A stretch of DNA of 63,925 nt, filler included, from Chlamydiia bacterium (GTDB taxonomy: Bacteria; Chlamydiota; Chlamydiia; Chlamydiales; FEN-1388): the NCBI GenBank assembly GCA_903848235.1. It is 7 parts of 7 records of this genome, joined end to end, with 100 filler letters (N's around TTAATTAATTAA, not from the genome) between each part and the next. Parts side by side here need not be neighbours in the genome. Positions count along the whole stretch, not along the records: positions 1 to 14,825 come from CAINFV010000174.1; positions 14,926 to 31,564 come from CAINFV010000175.1; 5 more parts are not named here. The stretch is one strand, 5' to 3'. Below, piece by piece: positions 9,294 to 19,124 of the stretch. Position numbers and translations under genes: made by a program. Position 1 is the stretch's first letter. Every line of letters begins with the position of its first letter. The notes under the pieces were generated by a model that saw nothing but the letters and a program-made list of their open reading frames with translations, made no database searches and was not told where the DNA came from.

Positions 9294-11312
9294 ATGACAA
9301 GCATCATTTCTGAAAATCAGTTTGCCCGGCTGAGTGAAGAGTATGCGACAGGGGTGGTAGCAAAGTGCCCTGCAGATGCTCTCCCCAGAATGCTCCTTCG
9401 CCTTCAGGGGGAGGAGTTAAAGGTCGAAAAACGGCCGAATTTCTTCGTGCGCCTATGGCGTGTTCTGACGTTCAAAAGTAAACAATATACGTTTCTCCCG
9501 TGTGCGCGACAGATGAACACCATCATTCAGGCAATATTGAAAAAGGATCAGATTGGGACCTCCGAAGAGTTATCACATATGACGATGTTTGCTTTCAGCT
9601 GCCTTCAAGCTGTCAGAGCCTATAAGCGACATGTGAAAATTGGAAAAGAGCCGATCGATATTCAGTTCCTAGAATTAAATTTAGAACGGCTATCGCGGAG
9701 ATTAGTGACAGGACTTTCACCTCAGATATTGCCGATAGAAGCACAAGGCCTTTTCGCCATCTATGCAAAAAAAGTCGCATTGCAGACTGAAAACAGGCTC
9801 GTCCATTCAGATATATCTCGTCATGTGAGTGAGGTGCGGCGTCTGTGCACATTTATGCAGCTCAGTCAGAGTGCCACTGTCAACGATGACATCTCTCTTG
9901 AAGCAGGCATTGCTCAACTGAAGAGCATTATGCCTGTCCATCAACACCCAGAACAGATGGCTCTTATTCAGAGAATTCAGGACTTCCAACAAGGGCTTTT
10001 CTCTGTTGATGGAATTGCCACTGAACAAGCCCTGGAAATTTTTATTCGAACGATGCATGCGGAGTTGTCACAACAGATAGCACAGACTCTGCGTCAGATA
10101 CATCAAGAAGAAAATACCCTCGTCCACAAGGCTGTGGATACCCGTGTTGCGCTCGCCTCTTTGGATGAGAAGAGGGCTTCTGTAAATGAGGTTTTCAGCG
10201 CAACGATAAAACGAATTGAAAGAGACCTCATCGTCACTGGGCTCAGTCAGAAGGCTTGCATCAACCTTTCTTCCAAGAGACCGTGCATCATCAAGGCGCG
10301 ATATGTTGGTGGTGACATCCGCATTGAAACATCACATCCCCTTGGCGCTGGCGGATCGAAACAAGTATATCAGATCAAGCATCTGGCAGGGCCTGCCTTA
10401 TCGCATCAACCTGGGCCTGTGTATGCGTATGCGAAGGTAACTCAGCGAAAAGCGCTCAAAATTAAATTAGCGATGGTGACAGAGGAGATAAATAGAGCTT
10501 CTTATGACGGTAGGGGGATTCTGAGCCTTCTTCAACAGAAAGAGACGCTTTCGGCTCAGCTTGAAACGTTACAGCGTGAGATAGTTCGAGAAGCAGAGAT
10601 CTCCTTTGAGGTGCCATCTGCTGTTAGAATGTGGGTGGTACACAGCGAGAAGAGTGAGGAGCAGGTAAAGGGGGTGTTGATGGAGCTGTGTGATGGAGGG
10701 CAGCTACGAGATTTCTTTATCCGTCAAAAATTTCCTCTGTCAAATTCGGATTTTACACAGGCTCTTCTCTTAGGCCAGCGCCTGTGTGTAGCTGTAGGTC
10801 AGATGCATGAAGCACGCATCTGTCATTTGGACCTCAAAGCAGAGAATATTTTGTTGAAGAGGCAAGGTGAGGATCTGATTCCCAAAATTATTGATTTTGG
10901 CCTTGCGCGAAAGAGTGGAGATGCCTTAGCTGGCCATCACGGGCTGCCGTGGTATATGCCTCCGGAACAGCAGCATTCAGCACAGCCTCTGGCAGCGTCA
11001 CCTTCGATGGATGCATGGGCTCTTGGCATCCATTTGCTTACTCTCTTCTACGGGTGGAGGCAGTTGTTAGCCTTCAGAAAGCTCTGTTGTCCCCCATATG
11101 TAATGGTGCCACGAGGCAAAGGTGTTTCATTTTACCCTTGGCGGCCAAATGAAGAGTCATCACGTCGCATGCGCGACGCAATGCATAGAGCATTTGGAGC
11201 GCGTCACGCAGACGTCGATGAGGTGATATGGCATCTTATGGATCCTCATCCGGAGACTCGATGGACGGCGCAACAAGCGGCAGACCGTCTCACCGAGATC
11301 CTCTCCAAATGA
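9294..11312 (+). CDS. Hanks-type Ser/Thr protein kinase with a long helical N-terminal region (putative effector)
   Basis: LGAGGSKQVY loop, AYAK lysine, HLDLKAENIL, DFG, YMPPE, DAWALG, PETR. Confidence 0.88.
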   Translation: MTSIISENQFARLSEEYATGVVAKCPADALPRMLLRLQGEELKVEKRPNFFVRLWRVLTFKSKQYTFLPCARQMNTIIQAILKKDQIGTSEELSHMTMFAFSCLQAVRAYKRHVKIGKEPIDIQFLELNLERLSRRLVTGLSPQILPIEAQGLFAIYAKKVALQTENRLVHSDISRHVSEVRRLCTFMQLSQSATVNDDISLEAGIAQLKSIMPVHQHPEQMALIQRIQDFQQGLFSVDGIATEQALEIFIRTMHAELSQQIAQTLRQIHQEENTLVHKAVDTRVALASLDEKRASVNEVFSATIKRIERDLIVTGLSQKACINLSSKRPCIIKARYVGGDIRIETSHPLGAGGSKQVYQIKHLAGPALSHQPGPVYAYAKVTQRKALKIKLAMVTEEINRASYDGRGILSLLQQKETLSAQLETLQREIVREAEISFEVPSAVRMWVVHSEKSEEQVKGVLMELCDGGQLRDFFIRQKFPLSNSDFTQALLLGQRLCVAVGQMHEARICHLDLKAENILLKRQGEDLIPKIIDFGLARKSGDALAGHHGLPWYMPPEQQHSAQPLAASPSMDAWALGIHLLTLFYGWRQLLAFRKLCCPPYVMVPRGKGVSFYPWRPNEESSRRMRDAMHRAFGARHADVDEVIWHLMDPHPETRWTAQQAADRLTEILSK

Positions 11313-11320
11313 TAAGCAAC

Positions 11321-12916
11321 CTACGACTCTAAAACGTTTTCGCTGATATGCTTTGGCTTCATCCATGGGAAGAAGAGGACATCGCGAATCGACTGGCAGT
11401 TGGTAAAGAGCATGACAAGGCGGTCTATCCCTATCCCAAGGCCGCCAGCAGGCGGCATTCCCTGGCAGAGAGCTTCAACAAAATCTTCATCGTACGGAGA
11501 TGCTTCTTCGTCGCCGCCCGCACGCCGCTCTGCCTGTTGTTCGAGCAGCTGGCGTTGCAGCTCTGGGTCCGTCAATTCGCTGTAGGCATTGCACATCTCG
11601 CCGCCGAGGATAAAGCTTTCAAAGCGTTCGATCAATCCCTGCCGGTAGCACTCTGGATCTCGGTGGGGGCGGCAGAGGGGGGTTGTCTCAATGGGGTGAT
11701 CGATGATGTGATGAGGTTGGATCAGGTGGTGTTCGACTTTTGTTTCAAAAAGATGGGCTATAAGAAGGCCTCGTGTCGCTCCTTTTAGCTCTTTGTCTTC
11801 CATGCCTTCTGTCCGTAAGAGGGCTCGCATCTCGTCGTCAGAGAGAGCGTCGCAGTCAATGCCGCCATAAACCTTGATGCTCTCCTTCATTGTCATCTTC
11901 TTCCATGGCGTTTTGAAGTCGAGGATGATGGTCGATTGTGTTTCTGGTGAGAAGAAGGCAACGTCAGTGGAGCCGTGGAGGGCAAGGGCAATATTTTCGA
12001 AGAGCGTTTCTGTCAGATGCATCATGTCATTGTAATCCCAGTAGGCAGCATAGACCTCCATGATTGTAAACTCAGGGTTATGCGTCCTGTCGATCCCTTC
12101 ATTTCGGAATACCTTGCCGATCTCAAAGACTCGGTCTAAGCCGCCAACGAGAAGCTTTTTCAAGGCGATCTCTGGGGAGATTCGCAAAAACATCTCTTGC
12201 TTTAAGGCATGGAGCATTGTGGTGAATGGGCGTGCCTCAGCACCACCGTAGATGGAGTTGAGGATTGGGGTTTCTACTTCAAGGAAGCCAAGCTCGTCTA
12301 AATGGGTTCTGATGAGCTTCATGATTCTGCTGCGGTCTTTGAACACCTTGACGACGGACTGGCTGCTGATGAGGTCGAGCCAGCGCTTGCGATAGCGCAT
12401 CTCCTTGTCACTTAAGCCCGCATGTTTGTCAGGCAAGGGGAGTAAGCTTTTGGTGAGGATGACGACTCTCTTCACATAGATGGTCAGCTCCCCTTTGAGG
12501 GTGTGGAAGAGGTAGCCTTCAACGCCGATGATATCCCCAAGATCGACCATCTTTTCGATGAATTTCAATGGCGAAGGGTGATCTTCAGCCGACGGGACAT
12601 ACCCTTCGACCTGTGTTGCGTCCTTATTGAACATCAGCTGGATGCGCCCGTTCTTATCTTGAAGTTGGGCAAAGGCATTTTTTCCCATTGGGCGAAAGAG
12701 GACAAGGCGTCCTGCTGCAGAGACAAACGGCGATGCGCCAGCTTCTGCCTCATGGCTTCCACCGATTTTTGCCGTTCCCCATGCACTCTGGAGCTCTCCG
12801 CTGTCATGCGTTGGGTGGAACGATGGTGGGTAGGGCTCTACTCCGAGCTTTCGTAATTCTTGGAGTTTGCGAAAACGATTTTCGAACTCTTCTGACTGGC
12901 AGTATTCAGCTTTCAT
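11321..12916 (-). CDS. lysS: Lysine--tRNA ligase (class II)
   Basis: YRKRWLDL, GGAEARPF, FRNEGIDRTHNPEF, GMPPAGGLGIGIDR; ATGA overlap with the rimO stop. Confidence 0.97.
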   Translation of the reverse strand: MKAEYCQSEEFENRFRKLQELRKLGVEPYPPSFHPTHDSGELQSAWGTAKIGGSHEAEAGASPFVSAAGRLVLFRPMGKNAFAQLQDKNGRIQLMFNKDATQVEGYVPSAEDHPSPLKFIEKMVDLGDIIGVEGYLFHTLKGELTIYVKRVVILTKSLLPLPDKHAGLSDKEMRYRKRWLDLISSQSVVKVFKDRSRIMKLIRTHLDELGFLEVETPILNSIYGGAEARPFTTMLHALKQEMFLRISPEIALKKLLVGGLDRVFEIGKVFRNEGIDRTHNPEFTIMEVYAAYWDYNDMMHLTETLFENIALALHGSTDVAFFSPETQSTIILDFKTPWKKMTMKESIKVYGGIDCDALSDDEMRALLRTEGMEDKELKGATRGLLIAHLFETKVEHHLIQPHHIIDHPIETTPLCRPHRDPECYRQGLIERFESFILGGEMCNAYSELTDPELQRQLLEQQAERRAGGDEEASPYDEDFVEALCQGMPPAGGLGIGIDRLVMLFTNCQSIRDVLFFPWMKPKHISENVLES

Positions 12917-14304
12917 GTCCACTCTTTTCGTTTGATAGGCTTTAACACTTTTCCTAACAAATCATATTCTGATATGTCAGTGATTTCTACAAGATAGGTC
13001 TCTCCAAAAGCGCGAACAGGGCCGCAGTCGTTGAGCAGGACTACTGGATCGATTTCGGGACACTGCCCTGGAAGGCGCCCTACCATCAGCAGCTTTGTCT
13101 CCGGGTGGAAGCCGTCGATGATGACAGGAAGTCGTGTGCCGATGAGCTTGCGATGGCGGGATGTGACGATGTCGCGCTGGATGGCGCTGAGCTGTTCGCA
13201 GCGCTTGTGCTTGACATCCTCAGGAAGATGTCCTGGCAGCGAAGCGGAGTGGCTCTTCTCTTCTTTGGAATAGGCGAAAATCCCCACATTATCAAGGGCA
13301 TAGCTTTCTACAAATTCGCATAACTCCTGGAACTGTTGATCGGTCTCCCCTGGAAACCCAACAATCAGGCTGGTACGAATGGTGACGTCTGGTACTTCTT
13401 GCCGAAGGGTGTCGATCGTGCGGATGATCTGCTCTTTGGAGGTGGCTCGCCGCATAGCGCGCAGCAGATCATCGTTGCTATGTTGGATTGGCATATCAAG
13501 ATATGGGAGGATCCGAGGATCGGATTTCATTAGATCGATTAGCTCATTGGTAATCTCGTCAGGATACAGATAGAGAAGTCGAAGGCGAAAATCGTCTTTG
13601 AGCTTGAGGAGTTGCAAGAGAAGATGGACCAATCCTGAAGACCCTTTATACCCAAGGTCTTTCCCATAGTCTCCAAGATCCTGGGCGATGAGGATGATCT
13701 CAAAAGCCCCCCCTTTCACAAGAGCTGAGAACTCGCCGATGATCTGTTCTACGGGCTTGCTCTTCAGCGGGCCTTTGATCTCAGGGATAATGCAATATGA
13801 ACATCCCTTGCGGCACCCTTCGGCGATTTTGAGGTAGGCATAATGCTGAGGCGTCGAAATAGTTCGTGGGACGTCGCCTTGTTCTAAGTAGCTCTTGGCG
13901 GAGGTGATTTCCGAGCCGCTCTCTTCTGCCGTTACAGCTCTGACGATTCCTTCGACGTCGCCAGACCCGAGGATGTAGTGAATCTCCGAACGAAGGCTGT
14001 CAAGATACTGCGCCTGCAGCTGTGCTAGGCATCCTGTGACGATGATCTTGGCTCCCTTTTTCTTTGCTTTGATCACGGAACGGATTGTATCTATGGACTC
14101 TTGACGTGCTGCCTCGAGGAATCCGCAGGTATTGACAACGATAAAATCAGCCTCTTTGAGGGCCGGGGTGGGCTCATATCCTTTTTGCGACAGAAGGCCG
14201 ATCATCACTTCAGAATCTACGAGGTTGCGAGGGCAGCCAAGGCTGACAAAATGGACGAGGTTTTTTCGGCTTTTGCTACTTGGGATTCTTTTTTGACGTG
14301 CCAT
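12913..14304 (-). CDS. rimO: Ribosomal protein S12 methylthiotransferase
   Basis: SLGCPRNLVDSE, NTCGF, KIAEGCxxxCxxC, YLYP, C-terminal TRAM region. Confidence 0.93.
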   Translation of the reverse strand: MARQKRIPSSKSRKNLVHFVSLGCPRNLVDSEVMIGLLSQKGYEPTPALKEADFIVVNTCGFLEAARQESIDTIRSVIKAKKKGAKIIVTGCLAQLQAQYLDSLRSEIHYILGSGDVEGIVRAVTAEESGSEITSAKSYLEQGDVPRTISTPQHYAYLKIAEGCRKGCSYCIIPEIKGPLKSKPVEQIIGEFSALVKGGAFEIILIAQDLGDYGKDLGYKGSSGLVHLLLQLLKLKDDFRLRLLYLYPDEITNELIDLMKSDPRILPYLDMPIQHSNDDLLRAMRRATSKEQIIRTIDTLRQEVPDVTIRTSLIVGFPGETDQQFQELCEFVESYALDNVGIFAYSKEEKSHSASLPGHLPEDVKHKRCEQLSAIQRDIVTSRHRKLIGTRLPVIIDGFHPETKLLMVGRLPGQCPEIDPVVLLNDCGPVRAFGETYLVEITDISEYDLLGKVLKPIKRKEWT

Positions 14305-14370
14305 GACGACTTTTCCATCGAGAAAATTATTTACAATCCACGTTTCCGCTCTTTACTATCCCGAAGTTGT

Positions 14371-14534
14371 AAACCCAAGTTGCTACCTATTCGTTAGATT
14401 CAACTTCGTTATACGGCCATCTAGAGCGCTTCGCTCCTCGTCAAGGGTTACACCCTTGACGTCGTCTCGAATCGCTGCTCAATCTGGCTCGCCCAACATC
14501 GTTGCCCCTAACGAATAGGTAGCAACTTGGGTTT
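14371..14534. repeat. Palindromic element with perfect 27-bp terminal arms
   Basis: AAACCCAAGTTGCTACCTATTCGTTAG (14371-14397) is the exact reverse complement of 14508-14534; central hairpin CGTCAAGGGT/ACCCTTGACG (14439-14461). Confidence 0.85.
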
Positions 14535-14684
14535 CAAGTTAGGGATGAGGGCAACTTGTTTGGGTATAGTGTAGTGGAATCTTCGATTCCCCTGAAGAAA
14601 AAGATGCAATGTGTGAGTGCCGCAAAATCCTGGGCGAAACTCTATTCTTTTTGGATCGTCGTCGTACGACTACTATACCTAATC

Positions 14685-14825
14685 CTGGACTTTAGCATTT
14701 TTTGAGACCGATTTCGCATTCGTTGTCTCTCATACTTCTTGCATTTATCATAGATGGCCTGCCTAGGCCGATCTATGATAAATGCAATTGTCTGAAAGAC
14801 AACGCTCTGCGAACTCGGTGCCCAA
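14685..14825 (+). mobile_element. MITE-like palindromic repeat, copy A (cut by contig end)
   Basis: Nearly identical to 31665-31813; starts CTGGACTTTAGCATTTT; inner arms TTGCATTTATCATAGAT/ATCTATGATAAATGCAA. Confidence 0.85.
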
Positions 14826-14925
14826 NNNNNNNNNNNNNNNNNNNNNNNNNNNNNNNNNNNNNNNNNNNNTTAATTAATTAANNNNNNNNNNNNNNNNNNN
14901 NNNNNNNNNNNNNNNNNNNNNNNNN
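14826..14925. other. Artificial contig spacer
   Basis: N-run + TTAATTAATTAA (stops in all six frames) + N-run. Confidence 0.98.
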
Positions 14926-16746
14926 CATCTCAAACAAAGAAAGCAGGACATACCCTCCATCGAGCACGGGGAGCGGGAGAAGGTTTAAAATGGCAAGGTT
15001 GAGACTTATCGTGCCAAGCCAGAAGAGGGCCTCTTTATACCCTATCGACCACTGTTGCTGGATGACATGAAGAATTCCTACAGGACCGCTCATCCATCGA
15101 GGACTTAAGTACCCTCCAAAGAGAGCGACAATAGTCTGATAGATCTCATCGCCGATCGACGAACAGACTGTCAGCGGATTTGGATTATAGAGGACAACAG
15201 TGTCATGGACTCTAGAGAGCCCTAAAAACAACTGACGGTCTCTCGACTGGAGGCTTTCCTTCATCTGCAGCCGCACCTGAGGGTCCTCAATCGTCTGAAG
15301 GAGGCGCTCTTCTTCTTCTTTTAATGCAGTGACTTCATCCTTCCGTCCAGCATCTTCTAGCAGTTCATTCCGTGTCTTGGGAGCAATTGGATTCAAGAGA
15401 ACAAAGACGCCTTGCTGCTTCATTTGTTCTGGCGTTCCGATCGCTTGCACAAGCTGTGATAACTGTGGCGATTGATAAGCGGCTCTAAAAAGAGCGTCTG
15501 CATCTTGGAAGCTCAGCGGTTTCTTCGGCGTTGGGCTTCTGTCGACGACGACAAGAACATGCTTTTCTTGGAATGCCGTGAGAACCTCTGCCGCTGTTGA
15601 CACCGACTGCCCTGCCACGGCGACAATACGATCGTGTGGCAGCAGCGTGTCATGGTAGAGGGTTGCTTGCCCCTCTTTGGCCTTCACTTCATTGTCGATC
15701 AGAGGAATCTCTCCTTCGACAAAGCCGTCAGACGTCAGATTATAGGGTAGAAACCAGAGCTGATTCGTCCGGAGAGACTGGAGCTTGCTTTCATACTGCC
15801 AGTCAGAGATCTCTCCTCTTACGTCTGACGACAACTTCATCTCACCGATGGGAATTCTTTGGATATGAAGGTTGAGATATTTTCCATCTCGGAGGACAGT
15901 GACGAACAAACAGCCATCATTGAGCAACGAGTTGAGCTGCATCTGAGAGACAAGAACCTCTCCATCCATCCACACCAGCCTGTCAGAAGGAAGAATTCCA
16001 CTTTTCTCTTGCGCGTCAGTCTTAATCTGCAGCGCACCATCCTTCGGCATATTCCATACTAAGAAACTCGCTGGGGACAAAATACCGGTCGTCAAAATTC
16101 CCTTTTCTAAGGCAAGAGGATGTTGATAGGGGGTAATATCGACGGGGAAACGACGATTTTCACCTTTTCCAGTTCCTAACTTTTCCACTACCACAGATAG
16201 CTTTGACCCGCTTGTCATTGCGGCATAAAAATGATCTTTCGCACTTCGAACCGGCTTGTCATTATAAGAGAGGATAAGGTCGCCAGGACGAACTCCTTTT
16301 GCATATAACTCAGAGTTAGGATCAAGCCAGCCTACTCTTCCACTCACATCAGAAAATGTCTTTTCCCTACCTCCCGTCACCCAGATAAGAGAAAAAGCAA
16401 GAAGCGCGAAGAGAATATTTGCTAAGGGGCCGCACAATGCCACTTTAATTCTCGCCAGGGGGCTCTTTGCAAAAAAACCATCGGTCGCTTTATACGGATT
16501 CTCTCCTTTCTTCGCTTCCATACCAGCAATCTTGACGTAGCCTCCAAAGGGAATCCAGCAGATGTTGATACGCACGCCTTTATGCAAGAAGGAAAATAGA
16601 GGGCGGCCAAACCCAATGCCAAACACCTCTACTCGCATGCCAGTACGGCGAGCCATCAAATAGTGGCCTGTTTCATGGATCAGGACAAGAAACCCTAAGC
16701 CAACTAAAGCTAAGAAAAAAGAGATACAACCATCAATCATGGGCAA
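14926..16746 (-). CDS. rseP: RIP metalloprotease RseP (site-2 protease with PDZ domains), 3' end cut by contig edge
   Basis: HETGH, GGYVKIAGM, GPLAN, SGPVGI, NLLPLPVLDGG. Confidence 0.93.
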
Positions 16747-17017
16747 TCAAAAGCTCCTTAAGAGACGCCTGAGAGAAACTATTTCGTGTTCTTTACCCTT
16801 GGAAAAAACTTTATCTAAGGGAACACTACGTGCAATTCCTTCTCGTACACTACATAAGCGATTATCGCAAACCTCTCTTTTTCTGGCATGGAGCAAATCA
16901 GAATATCCTTTGGTTTTTCGCTGTGCAGGAGAGATTTTCGTAAGGAGACTCTCCATAAAATTTCAATAGAACGGTATGTTTTTTGATCGGCCGTTATTTA
17001 TCACCAAAGGAGACACC

Positions 17018-18151
17018 ATGCTGTTGAAAAACCTTTTTCGATCGAGAGCTGCTTACATATTTCTTTTTTGTTGTTGTATGGTATTTTCTCTCGAATGTCT
17101 TGGCGCTGTTGTCCACACCCCGCCTGTTGAACCCGCGTCACACCCTTTCATCGAACAAATTTCGATTGATTTAGATCCTTTCAAAAACACCGGCTTTGCT
17201 GCAAGCGCCGTGTCCGACACCATGAATGCCATTCCTGAAGGGCAGATGTGCGCTATCTATCGAATCGACGATCGGGGAGCGCGCATCCTCGCGACGAAAA
17301 ACCAACGGACAGACAACCATCCTGTAACCTCTCTGATGTTACATGGTTTTCAAGAATTTGTTGTCTTCTGTACAAAAAATTCATTGCGAATTCCGAAGGT
17401 AGAATTTGCTGTGTATCTTGACGATTGGACGACATCTGACACTCCCTTCCCAGCCCCCCTCTTCGCCTTCGCCAAGGACAACACGCAAGGAGAAGGGCTG
17501 GTCCTCCTTCCAGATTTTGAGATGCTCTCCGGCTATGAAACAACAGCACGGCAAACACAGAAGGCGTGCAAGCACTATCCATGGAAGTGTAAAAAAGAGA
17601 AGGTCATCTGGCGAGGGACGACGACAGGAAGCCCGCACAACGGCCTGTACACACCGGAGAACTTTCGAGATTTTCCACGCACACAACTAGTAGAGATTTC
17701 ACTCGCCAATCCCACGGTCGTTGATGCACGGTTTACCAAACTCTGCCAAGGAGCTGAGCTCTTCGCCGCACGTCTTGCCCCCTATTGCGGCAACTTCCTG
17801 TCTATCCCCGATCACATTCGGTATAAATATCAGATTCTTGTCGACGGCAATACCTGCGCTTTTTCTCGGTGCTACTGGCAGCTGCTCTCCAACTGTTTGA
17901 TGCTCAAACAAGAGTCTCCACACATCCAGTGGTACTACCGAGGACTTCAGCCATATGTGCACTACGTCCCGGTACATGGAGATCTCTCGGACCTCCTCAA
18001 GCAAGTCTCCTGGGCTCGCTCCCATGACAAAAAAGCACGTCGCATTTCAAAAAAGGCAACGGCATTTGCAGAAAAGCATCTGACAAAAGAAGCAGCGTTC
18101 ACGTACATGCACCGCCTCTTCACAGAATACGAAAAACTCATGGTGCAGTAA
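17018..18151 (+). CDS. Glycosyltransferase family 90 (CAP10/POGLUT-like)
   Basis: WRGTTTG, YKYQILVDGN, HYVPVxxDLSDL motifs; signal-like N-terminus; AAAGGAG before ATG 17018. Confidence 0.85.
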   Translation: MLLKNLFRSRAAYIFLFCCCMVFSLECLGAVVHTPPVEPASHPFIEQISIDLDPFKNTGFAASAVSDTMNAIPEGQMCAIYRIDDRGARILATKNQRTDNHPVTSLMLHGFQEFVVFCTKNSLRIPKVEFAVYLDDWTTSDTPFPAPLFAFAKDNTQGEGLVLLPDFEMLSGYETTARQTQKACKHYPWKCKKEKVIWRGTTTGSPHNGLYTPENFRDFPRTQLVEISLANPTVVDARFTKLCQGAELFAARLAPYCGNFLSIPDHIRYKYQILVDGNTCAFSRCYWQLLSNCLMLKQESPHIQWYYRGLQPYVHYVPVHGDLSDLLKQVSWARSHDKKARRISKKATAFAEKHLTKEAAFTYMHRLFTEYEKLMVQ

Positions 18152-19124
18152 GCGTAGCTCTTGCTCGACGTCGTAATTCTCGAATACACAGTGCTCCTGC
18201 ATACAAAATGCCAAGGAGCACTGCTGCTAGAGCCCCTGTCGACACAGGGAGGTAGTAGGCCGACAGAAGATGACGCCCTAGAGCCACCGCCAGTACGACA
18301 GTCCCCACGCCAACGGCCATAGAAGTCACGAGGAGAGGGCGAAGACTCTTCGTCCACAGTCGTGCGATGAGAGGGGGGATGACAAAAAAAGCTAATGTCA
18401 TCACGAAGCCGACAGCACGAAAGGCAGAAATAGATGTCAGCGCCACCTGCGCCAATAGAAGATGGTGAAGAAACGACGGCCGGAAGCCGGACATCTGAGC
18501 AAAACTGGTGTCAAAGATAGCAACAGAAAAGCCCCGTAAAAACAGACATCCTATCGCAAGTGTCAGGCACGCCCCATAAAACACTATAGGAATATCACCT
18601 GTCTGCAGCGCATCAGGATCTCCCATCAACAGCTCAACGCCGGCATGAGCGTTGCGGCTCCATACAGAAAGCAGCGTCACGCCAAGAGCAAAAAGAGCCG
18701 AAAAGACCATCCCATTACACGCATCTTCTTTCAGCGTGCGAACACGGGCCAGCTGCTCTGTTAAAAACCCTGTGAGCAATCCGATTAGCACAGAAGAGAC
18801 AATGATGGCAAGGTTAGGGGGGGTGAGAAACTCGATGGCCTGCCCTTGAAAGGACACCGTCATCATCAGCGCCACGACAATTCCTAAGAGCATTGTGTGC
18901 GACAAGGCATTTGCCATCATAGTCAAACGCTTGAGGACAAGGAGAACCCCAAGGAAACTGGCGCTGAGAGCGAAAAGCCCCATGACGATAAGCTGAATTT
19001 CGTCGGCAAATATTTCTGTTCTATGGAGAGAAAAAATCCTCGAAGCGAGAATAGAGAACCATCCAAAAAAGGTGGCATCAAAGTACGGATCCATTGCGGG
19101 TATATCATTCAACAGCTGAAGCAT
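18138..19124 (-). CDS. Mn/Zn/Fe ABC transporter permease (ABC-3, TroD/YtgD-like)
   Basis: MMANALSHTMLLG, EDACNG, LLMGD, FRAVG; multiple transmembrane segments. Confidence 0.88.
   Translation of the reverse strand: MLQLLNDIPAMDPYFDATFFGWFSILASRIFSLHRTEIFADEIQLIVMGLFALSASFLGVLLVLKRLTMMANALSHTMLLGIVVALMMTVSFQGQAIEFLTPPNLAIIVSSVLIGLLTGFLTEQLARVRTLKEDACNGMVFSALFALGVTLLSVWSRNAHAGVELLMGDPDALQTGDIPIVFYGACLTLAIGCLFLRGFSVAIFDTSFAQMSGFRPSFLHHLLLAQVALTSISAFRAVGFVMTLAFFVIPPLIARLWTKSLRPLLVTSMAVGVGTVVLAVALGRHLLSAYYLPVSTGALAAVLLGILYAGALCIRELRRRARATLTAP

Noticed and set aside
14685..14825. Joining the end of contig 1 to the start of contig 3 through their shared sequence
   Set aside because: The overlap is entirely repeat and has at least one mismatch (ATGATAAAT versus ATGAGAAAT), so the join is not supported.
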